This document shows, in pieces, positions 62,947 through 64,000 of a DNA stretch of 64,000 bases; the first letter of the stretch is position 1; the number at the start of each line of letters is the position of its first letter. The DNA comes from Escherichia phage HK6. Both the position numbers and the translations under genes were made by a program. The stretch lies in sequence record PP724615.1. The stretch is one strand, 5' to 3'. Under the pieces are notes generated by a model. That model was not told the origin of the DNA and did not search any database. It worked only from the letters and a program-made list of their open reading frames with translations.

Positions 62947-64000
62947 TTAGGTAAGGCGTTGAATTGTTATTTTTACATTAGGTAAGCAAGCTTTTAGCCC
63001 AGTTACATTACTAACAGAAGCATTTAACCATACGCTAACATTACCATTACCATCATTTTTTAAATAATAAGTTATAGTATAGTATCCAGTTTGTGCATTA
63101 CCACCATACAAGCTAGATACCCAGAAAGCTGTAGGAGTAAACATAGCACCACCACCACCAGTAGCATTAACCGCGGTTCCTTTGATAGTCATAAAAGGAA
63201 CATACTTTCCTGATGGTAACGATAAAATTTGGTGAAGTTTTTTACTAACTGCATTACTAGTAATTCTAAGACGACTATCGCCTGTGGTTGCTCCTCTATT
63301 GAGAATCTCGTTAGGATTAAAACATCCAATACCACCCGCGGATAACCAAGTATCATCTAAGAATTCCATAGTACATACAATAGCCCCGTCTCTAGCGCTC
63401 TGTATACCTAATCCCATAGTAGTTAAATGAACTGAACCCCCGCTATTAAATACAACATTCCCTGATAGTGTTGCAGATGCACTCCCAGATATTAAACGTA
63501 AAGGTATGTTACTCTCACTCCATACATCACCATATTTATTACCTATTTTTGGTGGAGTACTTTGTACATACCAGGAACTAGAAGGCATAAAACTATAAAT
63601 ACTAACAGTACTATTAGTTAACCCACTAATATTACCACCTTTGAATAGGGGAACATTACTTCCGTTAGTAACAGGTACTGCAAAGGTAGCTATACCGTTT
63701 ACTCCAGTAGAGGCAGAACCACTACTAACATTATTACCAATATTTCGTATATCGGCCCTACTGCCGGGGTTATACCCAGGTTGAACGAAATTTATAAATT
63801 TCCAAGAAGTGGTAGATAGATTAACTCCACGAATGGTAAAATCAGTAGGACTTATTTTTATATCAGACCCTTTAAATAGGTCAGTACCTACAGTAAAGCC
63901 ACTACCAGTATACCTTAGATTAGTAACGTACCATGTAACTTTTTTAGGTGTTACACCTAAACTTTCACTATATATCCCTATAGGACCACCAGGACCATTA
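62947..64000 (-). CDS. receptor-binding tail protein (pb5-like), C-terminal >=351 aa; N-terminus beyond window end
   Basis: I checked every in-frame triplet 63589..63999: no stop, so the 213-aa track ORF is only the tail of a longer ORF; position upstream of terminase as for T5 oad/pb5. Confidence 0.6.
   Translation of the reverse strand, partial: NGPGGPIGIYSESLGVTPKKVTWYVTNLRYTGSGFTVGTDLFKGSDIKISPTDFTIRGVNLSTTSWKFINFVQPGYNPGSRADIRNIGNNVSSGSASTGVNGIATFAVPVTNGSNVPLFKGGNISGLTNSTVSIYSFMPSSSWYVQSTPPKIGNKYGDVWSESNIPLRLISGSASATLSGNVVFNSGGSVHLTTMGLGIQSARDGAIVCTMEFLDDTWLSAGGIGCFNPNEILNRGATTGDSRLRITSNAVSKKLHQILSLPSGKYVPFMTIKGTAVNATGGGGAMFTPTAFWVSSLYGGNAQTGYYTITYYLKNDGNGNVSVWLNASVSNVTGLKACLPNVKITIQRLT

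Noticed and set aside
1-64000. Prophage, transposon or integrative element
   Set aside because: There is no integrase, recombinase, transposase, att-like repeat or host gene. The whole window is collinear phage early and late modules.

Overview
This 64-kb window is a contiguous stretch of a T5-type virulent siphophage genome (Tequintavirus, Demerecviridae). The DNA polymerase, flap endonuclease and several promoter sequences look identical or nearly identical to what I remember of coliphage T5. The L-shaped tail fibre gene is much shorter than T5 pb1, so this is probably a close relative rather than T5 itself. Layout: (i) 1-10.8 kb, minus strand: early nucleotide-metabolism units (3'-5' exonuclease, NADAR, RNase H, ThyA, DHFR, NrdB, NrdA, PhoH), most headed by a TTGCTT/TTGCTA-17-TATAAT promoter. 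(ii) 11.1-38.8 kb, plus strand: NrdD, a promoter-to-terminator accessory operon with Sir2-like and HAD-like proteins, and a ~600-nt non-coding structured island. The replication/recombination module follows: initiator helicase, split NAD-ligase, D5-like DNA-binding protein, DnaB-like helicase, primase, Pol A, D10 helicase, SSB-like protein, HNH, SbcCD-like D12/D13, D14, D15 FEN, dUTPase. (iii) 38.9-64.0 kb, minus strand: a small stand-alone cassette and the complete late module (tail fibre, collar, baseplate, tape measure, chaperones, tail tube, connectors, capsid, protease, decoration, portal, HNH, terminase). A receptor-binding protein gene runs off the window edge. No rRNA, tRNA, CRISPR array, integrase or transposase was seen. 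Most of the window is ordinary, well-understood T5 biology. Five things deserve a second look. First, an ORF-free, promoter-dense, G-rich island at 16.4-17.0 kb, next to an initiator whose N-terminal domain carries primase-polymerase-like motifs. Second, the Sir2/HAD accessory operon and the NADAR gene (an NAD/ADP-ribose theme). Third, a terminator-bounded cassette at 38.9-39.35 kb encoding a 54-aa glycine-zipper peptide absent from the ORF track. Fourth, a probable +1 (not -1) frame relationship in the tail chaperone pair. Fifth, repeat structures in the tail fibre gene. All functional calls come from motif recognition and memory; no database search or folding computation was possible.
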